A stretch of DNA of 64,000 bases from an uncultured Actinomycetes bacterium (GTDB lineage Bacteria; Actinomycetota; Thermoleophilia; Gaiellales; Gaiellaceae), in assembly GCA_963746445.1 (NCBI GenBank), contig CAVVAW010000008.1:102565-166564 (forward strand). The letters are read 5' to 3'. Under the pieces are notes generated by a model. That model was not told the DNA's origin. It did not search any database and saw only the letters and a program-made list of their open reading frames with translations. This document shows, piece after piece, positions 1 through 8,995 of this stretch (the stretch's first letter is position 1; every line of letters starts with the position of its first letter). Both the position numbers and the translations under genes were made by a program.

Positions 1-918
1 CCGACCCGCGGCGCGATCGAGCACGTCGACGGCCTCGCGCTCGACGACGTCCCACGGGGCCGCCAGCGACGCCGGGTCGAGGTTTCCCTGCACGCCGCGG
101 TCCCCGACGACGGCCCAGCCGTCGTCCAGCGGAAGCCGCCAGTCGAGGCCGACCACGTCGCCCCCCGCCGCGGCGAGCTCGGTCAGCAGGTGCGTCGCGC
201 CTGTGCCGAAGTGGATCGTCGGGACGTCGACGGCGGCGAGGATCCGCGCGCTCCAGGGAGCGACGCGCTGGCGGTAGAGCTGCGGCGAGAGCGTGCCGAC
301 CCAGGAGTCGAAGAGCTGGATGACGTCGGCGCCGGCCCGCACCTTGGCGGCGACGTACGCGGCGAACGTCTCGGACAGCTTCGCGAGCAGGGCGTCCCAG
401 GTCTCGGGCTCGGAGAGCATCAGCGCCTTCGTCCGCGGCAGCTCTCGGCTCGGGCGGCCCTCGACGAGGTATCCGGCGACGGTGAACGGTCCGCCGCAGA
501 AGCCGATCACAGCCCGCTCGGGCTCGAGCTCGGAGCGGACGAGTCGGACGGCGTCGAGCACCGGGCCGAACGCCTCCACGGGGTCGGGGACGCGGAGCCG
601 CGCCACGTCCGCGGCGCTCCGGATCGGCCGCTCGACGACCGGCCCGACGCCCTCGACGAGCTCGACGTCGATTCCCATCCCGAGGACGGGCGTCATGATG
701 TCCGCGAAGAGCACCGCCGCGTCGACGCCGTGGCGTCGCACGGGCTGCAGTGTCACCTCGGCGCAGAGCTCCGGTGTCCCCGCGACCTCGAAGAAGGAGT
801 GGCGCTCGCGAATCGCGCGGTACTCCGGCAACGAGCGGCCCGCCTGGCGCATGAACCAGACCGGTGTGCGCTCGACCTGCTCGCGGCGCGCTGCGCGGAC
901 GAGGAGCGGGGTGGTCAT
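1..918 (-). CDS. hemE: uroporphyrinogen decarboxylase (C-terminal end runs off the window)
   Basis: Absent from the ORF track because it is open at position 1. My minus-strand translation from ATG (complement of 916-918) reads MTTPLLVRAARREQVERTPVWFMRQAGRSLPEYRAIRE...GFCGGPFTVAGYLVEG...VIQLFDSWVG. This contains the HemE PVWxMRQAGR motif and later family blocks, with no stop down to position 1. Confidence 0.9.
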   Translation of the reverse strand, partial: MTTPLLVRAARREQVERTPVWFMRQAGRSLPEYRAIRERHSFFEVAGTPELCAEVTLQPVRRHGVDAAVLFADIMTPVLGMGIDVELVEGVGPVVERPIRSAADVARLRVPDPVEAFGPVLDAVRLVRSELEPERAVIGFCGGPFTVAGYLVEGRPSRELPRTKALMLSEPETWDALLAKLSETFAAYVAAKVRAGADVIQLFDSWVGTLSPQLYRQRVAPWSARILAAVDVPTIHFGTGATHLLTELAAAGGDVVGLDWRLPLDDGWAVVGDRGVQGNLDPASLAAPWDVVEREAVDVLDRAAGR

Positions 919-1774
919 GACAGAGAGGGTAGCCCTCGATCGTGGGAGCGGCCGCGTAGACTCGAGCGCCGTGGAGCCGCTCGTTCCGCTCTGGCGATCC
1001 TCGACGGTCGCGCCGCAGCGGGCGGGCGCTCGGACGACGGCGAGGCTCGTGCTGGAGAACGGAGGGGCGGCGACGTGGCGCTCGCGTGGCACCGACGGGC
1101 TGCAGCTCTCGTACCACTGGCTCGACACGCACGGCAACGCGATCGTCTGGGACGGCACGCGCACGGCGTTCCCGCAGCCGGTGGCGCCGGGGGAGACGGT
1201 CGCGGTCGAGGTGCCGCTGGACGCGCCGCGCCCGCCGGGCCGGTACGTCCTTCGCTTCGACCTCGTCGAGGAGCACCGCTTCTGGCTCTCCGAGCTCGGG
1301 GTCGGGACGCACGATCTCGAGGTCGACGTCGCGCCGCTGATCGCGGAGCGGCGGCTGGCAGTGGTCGTCCACGGCAGCCCGGACGCTCGCACCGACGCCG
1401 CGCTCGCCGCACAGGAGGAGCCGGTCGTCACCGACGCCCCCGCGGCGACCGCTCACCTAGTCCCGGGCGCGGAGCCCGCTGCGGACTGGTCGCGGCTCGT
1501 GCTCGACGCCCACGCCGAGGGCTGGCCTGTCGTCGGCCCGGCGCTCCTTCCGGTGGGTGGGCCGCTCGAGCGCCGCCGCGCGGCACGCGCGCTCGGAGCC
1601 TGGGCTCCCGGCGGACGCAACCCGCGTCTCGACGTCCCGCTGCTGCTTCCCTCTCTCGTCGGCGGCCTCGAGCCGTCCGAGCATCGAGGGCTGCCGGCCT
1701 ACGCGGGCGAGGGTCTCTTCGAGGGACGGGCGGTCGTCAGGCTTCCGACGCGATCCGGTCGTCCACAGACCTGA
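917..1774 (+). CDS. hypothetical protein with Ig-like/NBR1-like beta domain
   Basis: Coding-looking part of ORF 293..1774 begins at MTERVALDRG. GAGGAG lies 10 nt upstream of ATG 917. The segment ARLVLENGGAATWRS...LSYHWLD...PGETVAVEVPLDAPRPPGRYVLRFDLVEEHRFW resembles Ig-like domains often attached to glycan enzymes. The start is uncertain (in-frame GTG at 971). Confidence 0.5.
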   Translation: MTERVALDRGSGRVDSSAVEPLVPLWRSSTVAPQRAGARTTARLVLENGGAATWRSRGTDGLQLSYHWLDTHGNAIVWDGTRTAFPQPVAPGETVAVEVPLDAPRPPGRYVLRFDLVEEHRFWLSELGVGTHDLEVDVAPLIAERRLAVVVHGSPDARTDAALAAQEEPVVTDAPAATAHLVPGAEPAADWSRLVLDAHAEGWPVVGPALLPVGGPLERRRAARALGAWAPGGRNPRLDVPLLLPSLVGGLEPSEHRGLPAYAGEGLFEGRAVVRLPTRSGRPQT

Positions 1775-2537
1775 ACACGAGCGCGCCGAGCGCGAGCGCC
1801 ACGATCGCGGCGACGACGAGGTAGAGCAGGTCGCCCGTGGGCGGGAGCTTGCCCTCGTAGAGCGGTGTCCGGTACGACTCGACCGCCGGCGTGAGCGGGT
1901 TTCCCCAGTGGAGCAGGTCGACGAGCCACGGGCGCGACTGGGCGCCGGGCAGATCGTCGAGCTGGTACAGGATCGGCGTCAGGAAGAACCAGGGCAGCAG
2001 CGCGGCCGTGACGACGAACTCGACGTCGCGGAAGATGGCGTTGAGCGACGCGATCGCAAGTGCCACGCCGGCCGCGAACACCACGATCAGTGCACCGACC
2101 GGGATCGCGAGCCAGGCGAGGTCGCGGCTCTCCGGCTGGAACCACAGCGCGAGGACGAGAACGATGACCGTCATCGCGACGAACGCGACCACCTCCGTCG
2201 CGACGACGGAGAGCGGCACGAGCTGGCGCGGGAAGCGCACCTTGCGGATGATCGGCGCGTTCTCGACGATGCTCCGCGCGCCGCCCTGCAGCGACGTCGA
2301 GAAGAAGACCCAGGGCGGAAGGCCGCACAGGAGGAAAAGCCAGTAGTGCTCGGTCTCGGTCGGCTGGGCCTTCCAGAGCACCGCGAACACGACGAGGTAG
2401 ACGAGCATCAGGGCCGCCGGGAGCGCGAGAGTCCAGGCGAGCCCGAGGACGGAGCCCTTGTACTTCGCGCGTAGATCGCGCCGGAACAGCGAGCCGAACA
2501 GCTCCCGGTGGCGCAGCAGATCTGCGTAGACGCTCAC
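1737..2537 (-). CDS. ABC-2 type polysaccharide/teichoic-acid export permease (Wzm/TagG-like)
   Basis: Last 266 aa of ORF 1737..3668, starting at GTG 2537: VSVYADLLRHRELFGSLFRRDLRAKYKGSVLGLAWTLALP..., six hydrophobic segments. This is the typical ABC-2 permease N-terminal signature. The upstream part of the ORF is Arg-rich junk. Confidence 0.8.
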   Translation of the reverse strand: MSVYADLLRHRELFGSLFRRDLRAKYKGSVLGLAWTLALPAALMLVYLVVFAVLWKAQPTETEHYWLFLLCGLPPWVFFSTSLQGGARSIVENAPIIRKVRFPRQLVPLSVVATEVVAFVAMTVIVLVLALWFQPESRDLAWLAIPVGALIVVFAAGVALAIASLNAIFRDVEFVVTAALLPWFFLTPILYQLDDLPGAQSRPWLVDLLHWGNPLTPAVESYRTPLYEGKLPPTGDLLYLVVAAIVALALGALVFRSVDDRIASEA

Positions 2538-2603
2538 GAGCGCGGATTGTAGGGCGGCGGCCGACCGCCTCGACCCGAAATCGTACGGAGCCGCCGCTAC
2601 CCT

Positions 2604-4421
2604 TTGCCCACCGTGGAAGCGGCCGTCACGATCGCCGCCCTGCCTGTCGCGGCGCTCGCCCTCTGGGCCCTTCTGCGCGCCCCCTCCGCCGCGTCCAGAC
2701 TCGTCGCTCAGCCCACCGGGGAGCGCTGGCACGAGCGCGCGACCCCGACGTTCGGCGGCGTCGGCATCGCCTGCGGGCTTACCGCCGGCGTCGCGCTCGC
2801 GATCGCCGTCGGGGCAGTGGATGCGTCGTGGGAGCTCGCGGGCATCCTCGCGGGCTGCGGGCTGCTCTTCGTCGCGGGGCTCGTCGACGACGTCCGTCAT
2901 CTGAGCCCCCTGGCGAAGCTCGCCGCGCAGGTCGCCGCGGCCGGCATCGCAATCGCCGCAGGCCTGCGGGTCGAGCTCGTGTCGAACGACGTGCTCGGCG
3001 TCGCGATCGCCGTCTTCTGGCTCGTGGGGATCACGAATGCCTTCAATCTGCTCGACAACATGGACGGCCTGGCGGCGACGCTGGCGACCGTCGCCTGCCT
3101 CTACTTCGCGATCGACGCGGCGACCGCGCATCCGAACGACCTCGTGCTCGTGCTCTCGCTCTCGCTTGCCTTCGCCTGCCTCGGCTTCCTCCCGTTCAAC
3201 CTGCGGCCGGGCGACCAGGCCCGCGTGTTCATGGGCGACGGTGGCAGCCAGCTGCTCGGCTTCCTGCTCGGGGCGCTCGGTCTCGCGGCCAGCTGGACGA
3301 CGGCGGGAACGACCGTCGCGACGATGCTGCTGCCGCTCCTCGTGCTCGCGATCCCGATCCTCGACACGACGCTGGTCACCGTGCGGCGGCTCGCGGAGCG
3401 GCGGCCGGTGACCCAGGGCGGCACCGACCACACGTCGCACCGCCTCGTCTACTACGGGCTCTCCGAGACGAAGGCCGTCGGGCTGCTGGCGCTGATCGCG
3501 GTCGCCCTCGGCGCGACCTCGGTCGCCTACAACGTGCTCGACCGGCCGGCGATCACCGCGCTCGGGGTGCTCGTGACGTTCGCGCTGCTCGTGCAGTTCG
3601 GCGGGTTCCTCGCCGAGCTCTCCGAGCAGGAGCGGCGCGGACGGCCCGGCGACACGCGGCTCCGCCATGCGATCGCCGTGCAGCCCCGGCGGCTCGTCGA
3701 GCTCGTCGTCGACGGCGTGTTGGTGACCGGGACGTTTCTCGCCGTGTTCCTGCTCTTCGTCGACGGTCGCGGCACGGAGCTCCAGCGAGGCACGTTCCAG
3801 GCGGTGCTGCCGATCGTGCTCGGCACGACGTACGTCGTCTACGTCCTCTTCGGTGTCTACCGGCGGGCGTGGCGGTACGCGACGACGCGCGACCTGCTCT
3901 CCGTCGCGCTCGCATCGGGCATCGCGACGCTCGTGGCATACGCGATCGTCCTCGCGACCCGCGACCTCGGCGACTTCCCGCGCGAGGTCTTCGCCGTCTA
4001 CGGCCTGGCGGCCGCGGCGCTCGTCGCGCTGTCGAGGTGGCTCGTCCGGCTCGTCCCCGAGGCGGGCGGCGGCCCGGACGACGGGCGCAGGCGGGTCCTC
4101 GTCGCCGGCGCCGGCCAGGTCGGCCGTGGCCTCGTCCGCGACCTCAGCCGGGTGGACGACGTGCGGGTCGTCGGCTTCCTGGACGACAACCCACGCCTCC
4201 GTCGCCGCCGCGTCCAGGGCGTGCCGGTGCTCGGCGCGATCGCCGACGCCGCCGGAGCGCTCGAGACGACGCGCGCAGACGAGCTCGTCGTCACGATCCC
4301 CGACGCCCCGTCCGAGCGGCTCGAGGAGCTCGAACGCGTCTGCGTTGACGTCGGGATCTCACATCGGGTCCTGCGCGACCGCCCGCTGCCTCCCACGCCG
4401 ACGCGAGCGCTCGCAGAGTGA
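2604..4421 (+). CDS. polyprenyl-phosphate HexNAc-1-phosphate transferase (WecA/MraY family, GT4 PNPT) fused to a CapD/WbaP-type N-terminal 4TM + Rossmann module
   Basis: N-terminal half has VGITNAFNLLDNMDGLA and FMGDGGSQLLGF motifs (MraY/WecA family). C-terminal half (YRRAWRYATTRDLL..., VLVAGAGQVGRGLVRDL..VVGFLDDNP...VPVLG) parallels the N-terminus of the CapD-like protein at 36980..38860. TTG start at 2604, alternative GTG at 2613. Confidence 0.8.
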   Translation: MPTVEAAVTIAALPVAALALWALLRAPSAASRLVAQPTGERWHERATPTFGGVGIACGLTAGVALAIAVGAVDASWELAGILAGCGLLFVAGLVDDVRHLSPLAKLAAQVAAAGIAIAAGLRVELVSNDVLGVAIAVFWLVGITNAFNLLDNMDGLAATLATVACLYFAIDAATAHPNDLVLVLSLSLAFACLGFLPFNLRPGDQARVFMGDGGSQLLGFLLGALGLAASWTTAGTTVATMLLPLLVLAIPILDTTLVTVRRLAERRPVTQGGTDHTSHRLVYYGLSETKAVGLLALIAVALGATSVAYNVLDRPAITALGVLVTFALLVQFGGFLAELSEQERRGRPGDTRLRHAIAVQPRRLVELVVDGVLVTGTFLAVFLLFVDGRGTELQRGTFQAVLPIVLGTTYVVYVLFGVYRRAWRYATTRDLLSVALASGIATLVAYAIVLATRDLGDFPREVFAVYGLAAAALVALSRWLVRLVPEAGGGPDDGRRRVLVAGAGQVGRGLVRDLSRVDDVRVVGFLDDNPRLRRRRVQGVPVLGAIADAAGALETTRADELVVTIPDAPSERLEELERVCVDVGISHRVLRDRPLPPTPTRALAE

Positions 4422-6589
4422 AGGCCGACATCCGCGCGCGGCTCGAGTCCGCCGCGCCACTCATCGGTGCCTACCTGCTCCTCTCGACGCTGTACGCGTG
4501 GCAGGCGTGGCGGCGCGAGACGCCGACGATCTTCTCGGACGAGCTCGAGACGACGCAGATCTCGCGCGCGATCGCGGAGACCGGTCACGCCGCGCGGCGC
4601 GGTGAGCCATACGGGTTCACGAGTCTCGTGCCGTGGCTCACCGCGCCGTTCTGGTGGCTGCACCCGGTCGCGACCGCGTACGAGGCGATCAAGAGCGTCC
4701 AGGCGTTCGTGATGGCCGCGGCAATCTTCCCGGCGTTCCTCCTCGCGAGGCGCCTGCTCTCGCCCGGTTGGGCCTACTTCGCGGCCGTCGCCGCGATCGC
4801 CGGCCCCGCGCTCTCGTATGCGCCGATCCTCGTCGAGGAGCCGTGGGCCTACCCGGTGGCGACGCTCGCGCTGTGGCTGACGGTACGGGCCGTCGACGTT
4901 CCGGGGCGCTGGCCGATCGCGCTGGCGTTCGTCTCGTGCATCCTCGCCGTCCTCGTCCGGTCGCAGCTCGTGGCCGTCTTCGGCGCGCTCGCGTTCGGGC
5001 TCCTCGCGCTCTGGTGGCGCACACCGGCGATGCGTCGCTGGCGCACGTCCTGGTCGCGCTGGGACTGGGCCGGCGCGGTCGTGCTGGGCATCGGCGCGGT
5101 GATCGCCGTCGTGGCGTTCCTCGGTCACCGGTCGGGCGAGTGGGAGAAGGTGACAACCGGCTGGAAGGGGAGGATGCTCGAGTACGGCAGCTGGGCGGGC
5201 GGAGCGTTCGCGATCGGGATCGGCGTGCTGCCGGCGATCGCGCTGCTGGCGATGCTCGCCGTGCCCCGCGCCGAGCGCGACCGGCCGGGCGTTCGCGCGT
5301 TCGTCGTCGTGGCCGGGGGCGCGGTGGTCAGCTTCGGCTGGTACGCGGCGGTCAAGGGCGCGTACCTCTCGACGACGTTCTCCAGCCTCATCGTCGAGCG
5401 GAACCTCGTGTACCTCGCGCCGCTCGCGTTCGTCGCGACCGCGTATCTCTTCGAGCGGGCGGCGGCGCCCATCTGGGCCGTGCTCGTCGCCGGTGCGGCC
5501 GTCCTCGGCCTGGTCGTCTGGGTGCCGATCGAGCGCGGCCTCGACAACTTCCCGTACTACGAGGCGCACGGCCTCGCGATCCTCGCGCTCGCGAACCGGG
5601 AGTGGGCGTGGCCCGTCGGACGGATCGAGACGGCGCTCGAGGTGCTGACCGTGGCGGCGGCGGGCCTCCTGCTCCTGGTCGGCACCCGCCTGCGCGCGTC
5701 TCTCGCCGACGCCGCGGCCCCGGTCGCGGTCGCGGTTGCGGTCGGGCTGCTCGTGTGGAACGTCACCGCCGAGATCTACGCGTCGATCGGCGAGCACGAC
5801 TTCAGCGCCCTCGTCGAGCGCAACATTCCGAAGCCGAACGACTGGGTCGACCGCGACGCCGGCTCGGGCACGGTGACGATGCTCGGCCAGCACATGAGCG
5901 ACAACCCGCTCGGCGTGCCGACGACCGAGTTCTGGAACCGGTCGATCTCGAAGGTGTGGAGCGTCGACGGCACGGGCCCCGGGCCGGGGCACACGCTGAC
6001 ACCCGACCTCCAGGACGTGGACGGGACGCTCTGGCCCAACCCTCGGACCGACTTCGTCCTCGCGAGCGGCGGGGTCGAGGTCGTCGGCGACGAGGTGGCC
6101 GCGAACGAGGGATCGACGCTCGTCCGCCTCGACGGCCGGCCGATCCGGCTGCGCGCGAACACGACGGGCATCGCAGGCGACGGCTGGATCATCGGCGACC
6201 CGAGCGACCCCAGCGTCCCGGCGCGGGCCGCGTACAACCGGTTTGACGTCTCGGGCGGCGGGACCGGGACGGCGGTGGTGACGCTCTCACGCGAGACCTT
6301 CGGGTGCGGCTCCGGCGGCGTGCGCCTGCCGGGTGACGCGGTCGTCCGGATCGGGATCCTCGGACGCGGCGAGGACAAGCAGCCCGCGATCGTGCGGCAG
6401 ACCGCTTCCGACACGCAGTACGTGCCGGCGTGCACGAGCCGGACCTTCGCGCTTCCCACGCCGTCGGTGCCCTGGCGCGTGGAGGTCGCGATCCCGACGT
6501 TCGTTCCGGCGAAGGTCGACCCGAAGGGATCCGCCGGCGAGCGGCGCGCGCTCGGCGCCCGGATCTCTTTCGACGTGGTGCCGCGCTAG
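4418..6589 (+). CDS. GT-C fold integral-membrane glycosyltransferase (ArnT/PMT-like) with about 230-aa C-terminal extracytoplasmic domain
   Basis: 723-aa ORF with GTG start in a GTGA overlap with the upstream stop. More than 10 predicted TM segments and a first-loop acidic motif IFSDELETTQISRAIAETG. Paralogous to 11523..13613. Confidence 0.7.
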   Translation: MKADIRARLESAAPLIGAYLLLSTLYAWQAWRRETPTIFSDELETTQISRAIAETGHAARRGEPYGFTSLVPWLTAPFWWLHPVATAYEAIKSVQAFVMAAAIFPAFLLARRLLSPGWAYFAAVAAIAGPALSYAPILVEEPWAYPVATLALWLTVRAVDVPGRWPIALAFVSCILAVLVRSQLVAVFGALAFGLLALWWRTPAMRRWRTSWSRWDWAGAVVLGIGAVIAVVAFLGHRSGEWEKVTTGWKGRMLEYGSWAGGAFAIGIGVLPAIALLAMLAVPRAERDRPGVRAFVVVAGGAVVSFGWYAAVKGAYLSTTFSSLIVERNLVYLAPLAFVATAYLFERAAAPIWAVLVAGAAVLGLVVWVPIERGLDNFPYYEAHGLAILALANREWAWPVGRIETALEVLTVAAAGLLLLVGTRLRASLADAAAPVAVAVAVGLLVWNVTAEIYASIGEHDFSALVERNIPKPNDWVDRDAGSGTVTMLGQHMSDNPLGVPTTEFWNRSISKVWSVDGTGPGPGHTLTPDLQDVDGTLWPNPRTDFVLASGGVEVVGDEVAANEGSTLVRLDGRPIRLRANTTGIAGDGWIIGDPSDPSVPARAAYNRFDVSGGGTGTAVVTLSRETFGCGSGGVRLPGDAVVRIGILGRGEDKQPAIVRQTASDTQYVPACTSRTFALPTPSVPWRVEVAIPTFVPAKVDPKGSAGERRALGARISFDVVPR

Positions 6590-7221
6590 CTGGTTGGCCG
6601 GCTGGCCGCGACGAGATAGGTGAAGCGCACGCGGAGAGCGAGCCGCGCCAGCGGCCCTGTGCGCTCGGCCGTCTTCGCGAGCGCGACCGCCGGCCCCGGG
6701 AGGCGCTGCGTCTGCGGGACGAAGAAGGGGCGCAGCACGACGCGGCCGAAACCTGCCTCCTCGAGCTCGGCGACGACGTCGGCGACCGGGTACTGGCGAG
6801 GGTTCAGGTCGAAGACGAGCTTCCGCTCCGTGAAGCGGGCAACGCGCGCGAAGAACGCCGCACGGTCGTTCGCGTAGTAGATCGCGCGAAAGACCGTCGT
6901 CGCCGCGACGGGTGCCTCTGGCACGAACGCGTTGAGGTCGCCGACCCCGATCGTCGCGCGGTCGCCGAGCCGCCGACGGGCCGCATCGACCATGGCCGGC
7001 TCGGAGTCGATTCCCGTGTATCGCAGTCCGCGCGCGAGCAGGTGCTCCCCGAGGCCGCCGTCCCCGCAGGCGAGGTCGAGCACCTCGTCTCCCGCCCGCA
7101 GCGGAGCACCGAGCGTCGCGATCAGCTCGGCGCGGTGGTCGAGGTAGGCCCGGGCGTCCGCGTACTCGGCGTCCGTCCAGCCCTCGGCCTTGCGCGCATA
7201 CTGCTCCCTCTTCGCCGTCAC
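6586..7221 (-). CDS. class I SAM-dependent methyltransferase
   Basis: C-terminal 211 aa of ORF 6586..7761 from GTG 7221 (GTGA overlap with the upstream stop). Motif I VLDLACGDGGLGEHL. Confidence 0.75.
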   Translation of the reverse strand: MTAKREQYARKAEGWTDAEYADARAYLDHRAELIATLGAPLRAGDEVLDLACGDGGLGEHLLARGLRYTGIDSEPAMVDAARRRLGDRATIGVGDLNAFVPEAPVAATTVFRAIYYANDRAAFFARVARFTERKLVFDLNPRQYPVADVVAELEEAGFGRVVLRPFFVPQTQRLPGPAVALAKTAERTGPLARLALRVRFTYLVAASRPTS

Positions 7222-7979
7222 AGCCGCGCCATCGTCTCGGGGTGCTTGCGGACGAAGCGGGCCATGCTCCGTGCGTGCCAGAGGGAGTTCCGTGAGAGGA
7301 ACCCCTTGTCGGTCACCTGCGCCCAGTCGTGCGTGACGCGCGCCCCGGGGACGTACCAGCGCTCCCAGCCCGCTCGCATCGCGCGGTAGCAGAGGTCGAT
7401 GTCCTCGACGTAGTGGCGGAAGCCCTCGTCGAACCCACCGATCTCGGCCAGGGTCTCGCGGCGCAGGAGAAGGAACGCCCCGAGCAGCCAGTCGGCCTCG
7501 ACGGGCTCTTCGACGTCCTCGTCGAGGTGGTAGTGCGCAGTCTGGCGCTCGAGCGGTGGGAAGAGGCGCCGGAGCGGCGTCCTGCGGACGAGCGTGCCGC
7601 TCACGGTCGGGAAGCTTCGCCGGGTCGGCTGCCAGCGCCCGTCCGGCCAGACGGTGCGTGGGCCGGCAATTCCGCAGCGGGGACGCGTCGAGGCGAAGCC
7701 GTGCAGCGCACCGACCGCGTCGGGCGCGGGGATCACGTCCGGGTTCGAGTAGACGATCCACTCACCGTCCGTCGCCGCAACGCCGAGGTTGACGTTCTCT
7801 GCGAGCCGGAGCGGACGAGCGTTCTCGAGCACCCGGACCCTCCCGGGAAGGTCCGACGGCGTCGAGCCCGGCGTGTTGGCGACCACGACGAGCTCGTCCA
7901 CCTGTGGCTCGAGCACCGGAACGAGCGTCTCGAGCTCGCGCGCGTGCCCGTGCGAGACGACGACTGCGGAGACGCTCAT
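7218..7979 (-). CDS. family 2 glycosyltransferase
   Basis: C-terminal 253 aa of ORF 7218..9089 from ATG 7979 (ATGA overlap). MSVSAVVVSHGHA..., NPDV (DxD-like), GAFLLLRRETLAEIGGFDEGFRHYVEDIDLCYR. These are typical GT2 rhamnosyltransferase-like blocks. Confidence 0.85.
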   Translation of the reverse strand: MSVSAVVVSHGHARELETLVPVLEPQVDELVVVANTPGSTPSDLPGRVRVLENARPLRLAENVNLGVAATDGEWIVYSNPDVIPAPDAVGALHGFASTRPRCGIAGPRTVWPDGRWQPTRRSFPTVSGTLVRRTPLRRLFPPLERQTAHYHLDEDVEEPVEADWLLGAFLLLRRETLAEIGGFDEGFRHYVEDIDLCYRAMRAGWERWYVPGARVTHDWAQVTDKGFLSRNSLWHARSMARFVRKHPETMARL

Positions 7980-8995
7980 CGGCCGAGCGCCTCGACGTAC
8001 GCAGTGACGGTGTCGCGCGCCGTTTCGTCCCACGTGAAGGCACGCGCGCGCTCGAGCCCGGCGGCGGCCAGGATGTCCCGCTCCTCGAGCGCGCGGCGGA
8101 TCCCTGCGGCGAGCTCTCCCTCGGGGACGACGACGGCCGCGTCGCCCGCGACTTCGACCAGCGCCGGGTCGGGCACCGTCACGACCGGCGTCCCGGATGC
8201 CATCGCCTCGACGACCGGCAGGCCGAAGCCCTCGTAGCGGGACGACTGGACGAGGCACGCGGCGCCGCGGTAGAGCTCGGCGAGCCGCTCGACCTCGACG
8301 TATCCCTCGAGGCGTGCGCCGCCCTCGCGGAGCTCGGCCGCAACGCGCTCGTCCTTCACGGGGCCGACGACGACGAGCTCGAGCCCGGCCTCTCGCGCCG
8401 CGGCAAGCGCTGCAGGCTGGTTCTTCCGCTCCTGGATCGCCCCCACGGCGAGGGCGTAGGGCCGCGCCGCCGGCGCGTCCTGCGTCGCGGGGTGGAATGC
8501 CGGGTCGACGCCGTTCGGGGTGACGACGATCCGTTCGGGCGGGATGCCGTAGTGCTCCACGAGGTCGCGTTTCGTGCGCTCGGAGACGGTCAGGACGCGT
8601 GCGGCTTCGCGCGCGGCGCGCGGCACCACGCGCTCGAAGACGAGGCGATCGCGGCGCCCCATCAGGCCGTGCTCGAAGGAGAGGTCGTGGATGGTCACGA
8701 CGACGGGGCACGGGGAGCGAAACGGCAGCGCGTACTGGGTGTGCACGAGCGCCGCGCCAAGACGCCGCAGTGTCCGCGGGAGCGTCCACGCCATGCGCAG
8801 CTCCTGCGAGCGCGCGGGGAGCAACACGGGGAGCACGCCGTCGGGGACCAGCTCCGGGTGACGCGTCACTGCCGCGATCTCGAGCCCGGCGTCGGCCGCG
8901 TGCCTGGGCAGCGTGCGGAGGAGGTTCCGGACGTACGTCTCGTCGCCCGTCCGCCTGCGGCCGAGGACGTCGGCGTCCACGACCACGAGGCTCAC
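7976..8995 (-). CDS. GT4-family (GT-B) glycosyltransferase
   Basis: 339-aa ORF with VVTIHDLSF, TVSERTKRDL and the C-terminal EGFGLPVVEAMASGTPVV motif. Confidence 0.9.
   Translation of the reverse strand: MSLVVVDADVLGRRRTGDETYVRNLLRTLPRHAADAGLEIAAVTRHPELVPDGVLPVLLPARSQELRMAWTLPRTLRRLGAALVHTQYALPFRSPCPVVVTIHDLSFEHGLMGRRDRLVFERVVPRAAREAARVLTVSERTKRDLVEHYGIPPERIVVTPNGVDPAFHPATQDAPAARPYALAVGAIQERKNQPAALAAAREAGLELVVVGPVKDERVAAELREGGARLEGYVEVERLAELYRGAACLVQSSRYEGFGLPVVEAMASGTPVVTVPDPALVEVAGDAAVVVPEGELAAGIRRALEERDILAAAGLERARAFTWDETARDTVTAYVEALGR

Noticed and set aside
190-1824. Long ORFs rich in Arg/Ala/Pro/Gly throughout the track. Examples: 190..1824, 3998..5992, 8599..10173, 9695..11293, 12202..13602, 23288..25120, 23362..25206, 36105..38351, 36920..39310, 40688..42460, 52709..55123, 55418..57493.
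   Set aside because: They run antisense or out of frame to genes with clear family motifs. They have low-complexity Arg/Pro/Gly composition and no recognisable domains, so they are the usual shadow ORFs of high-GC DNA.
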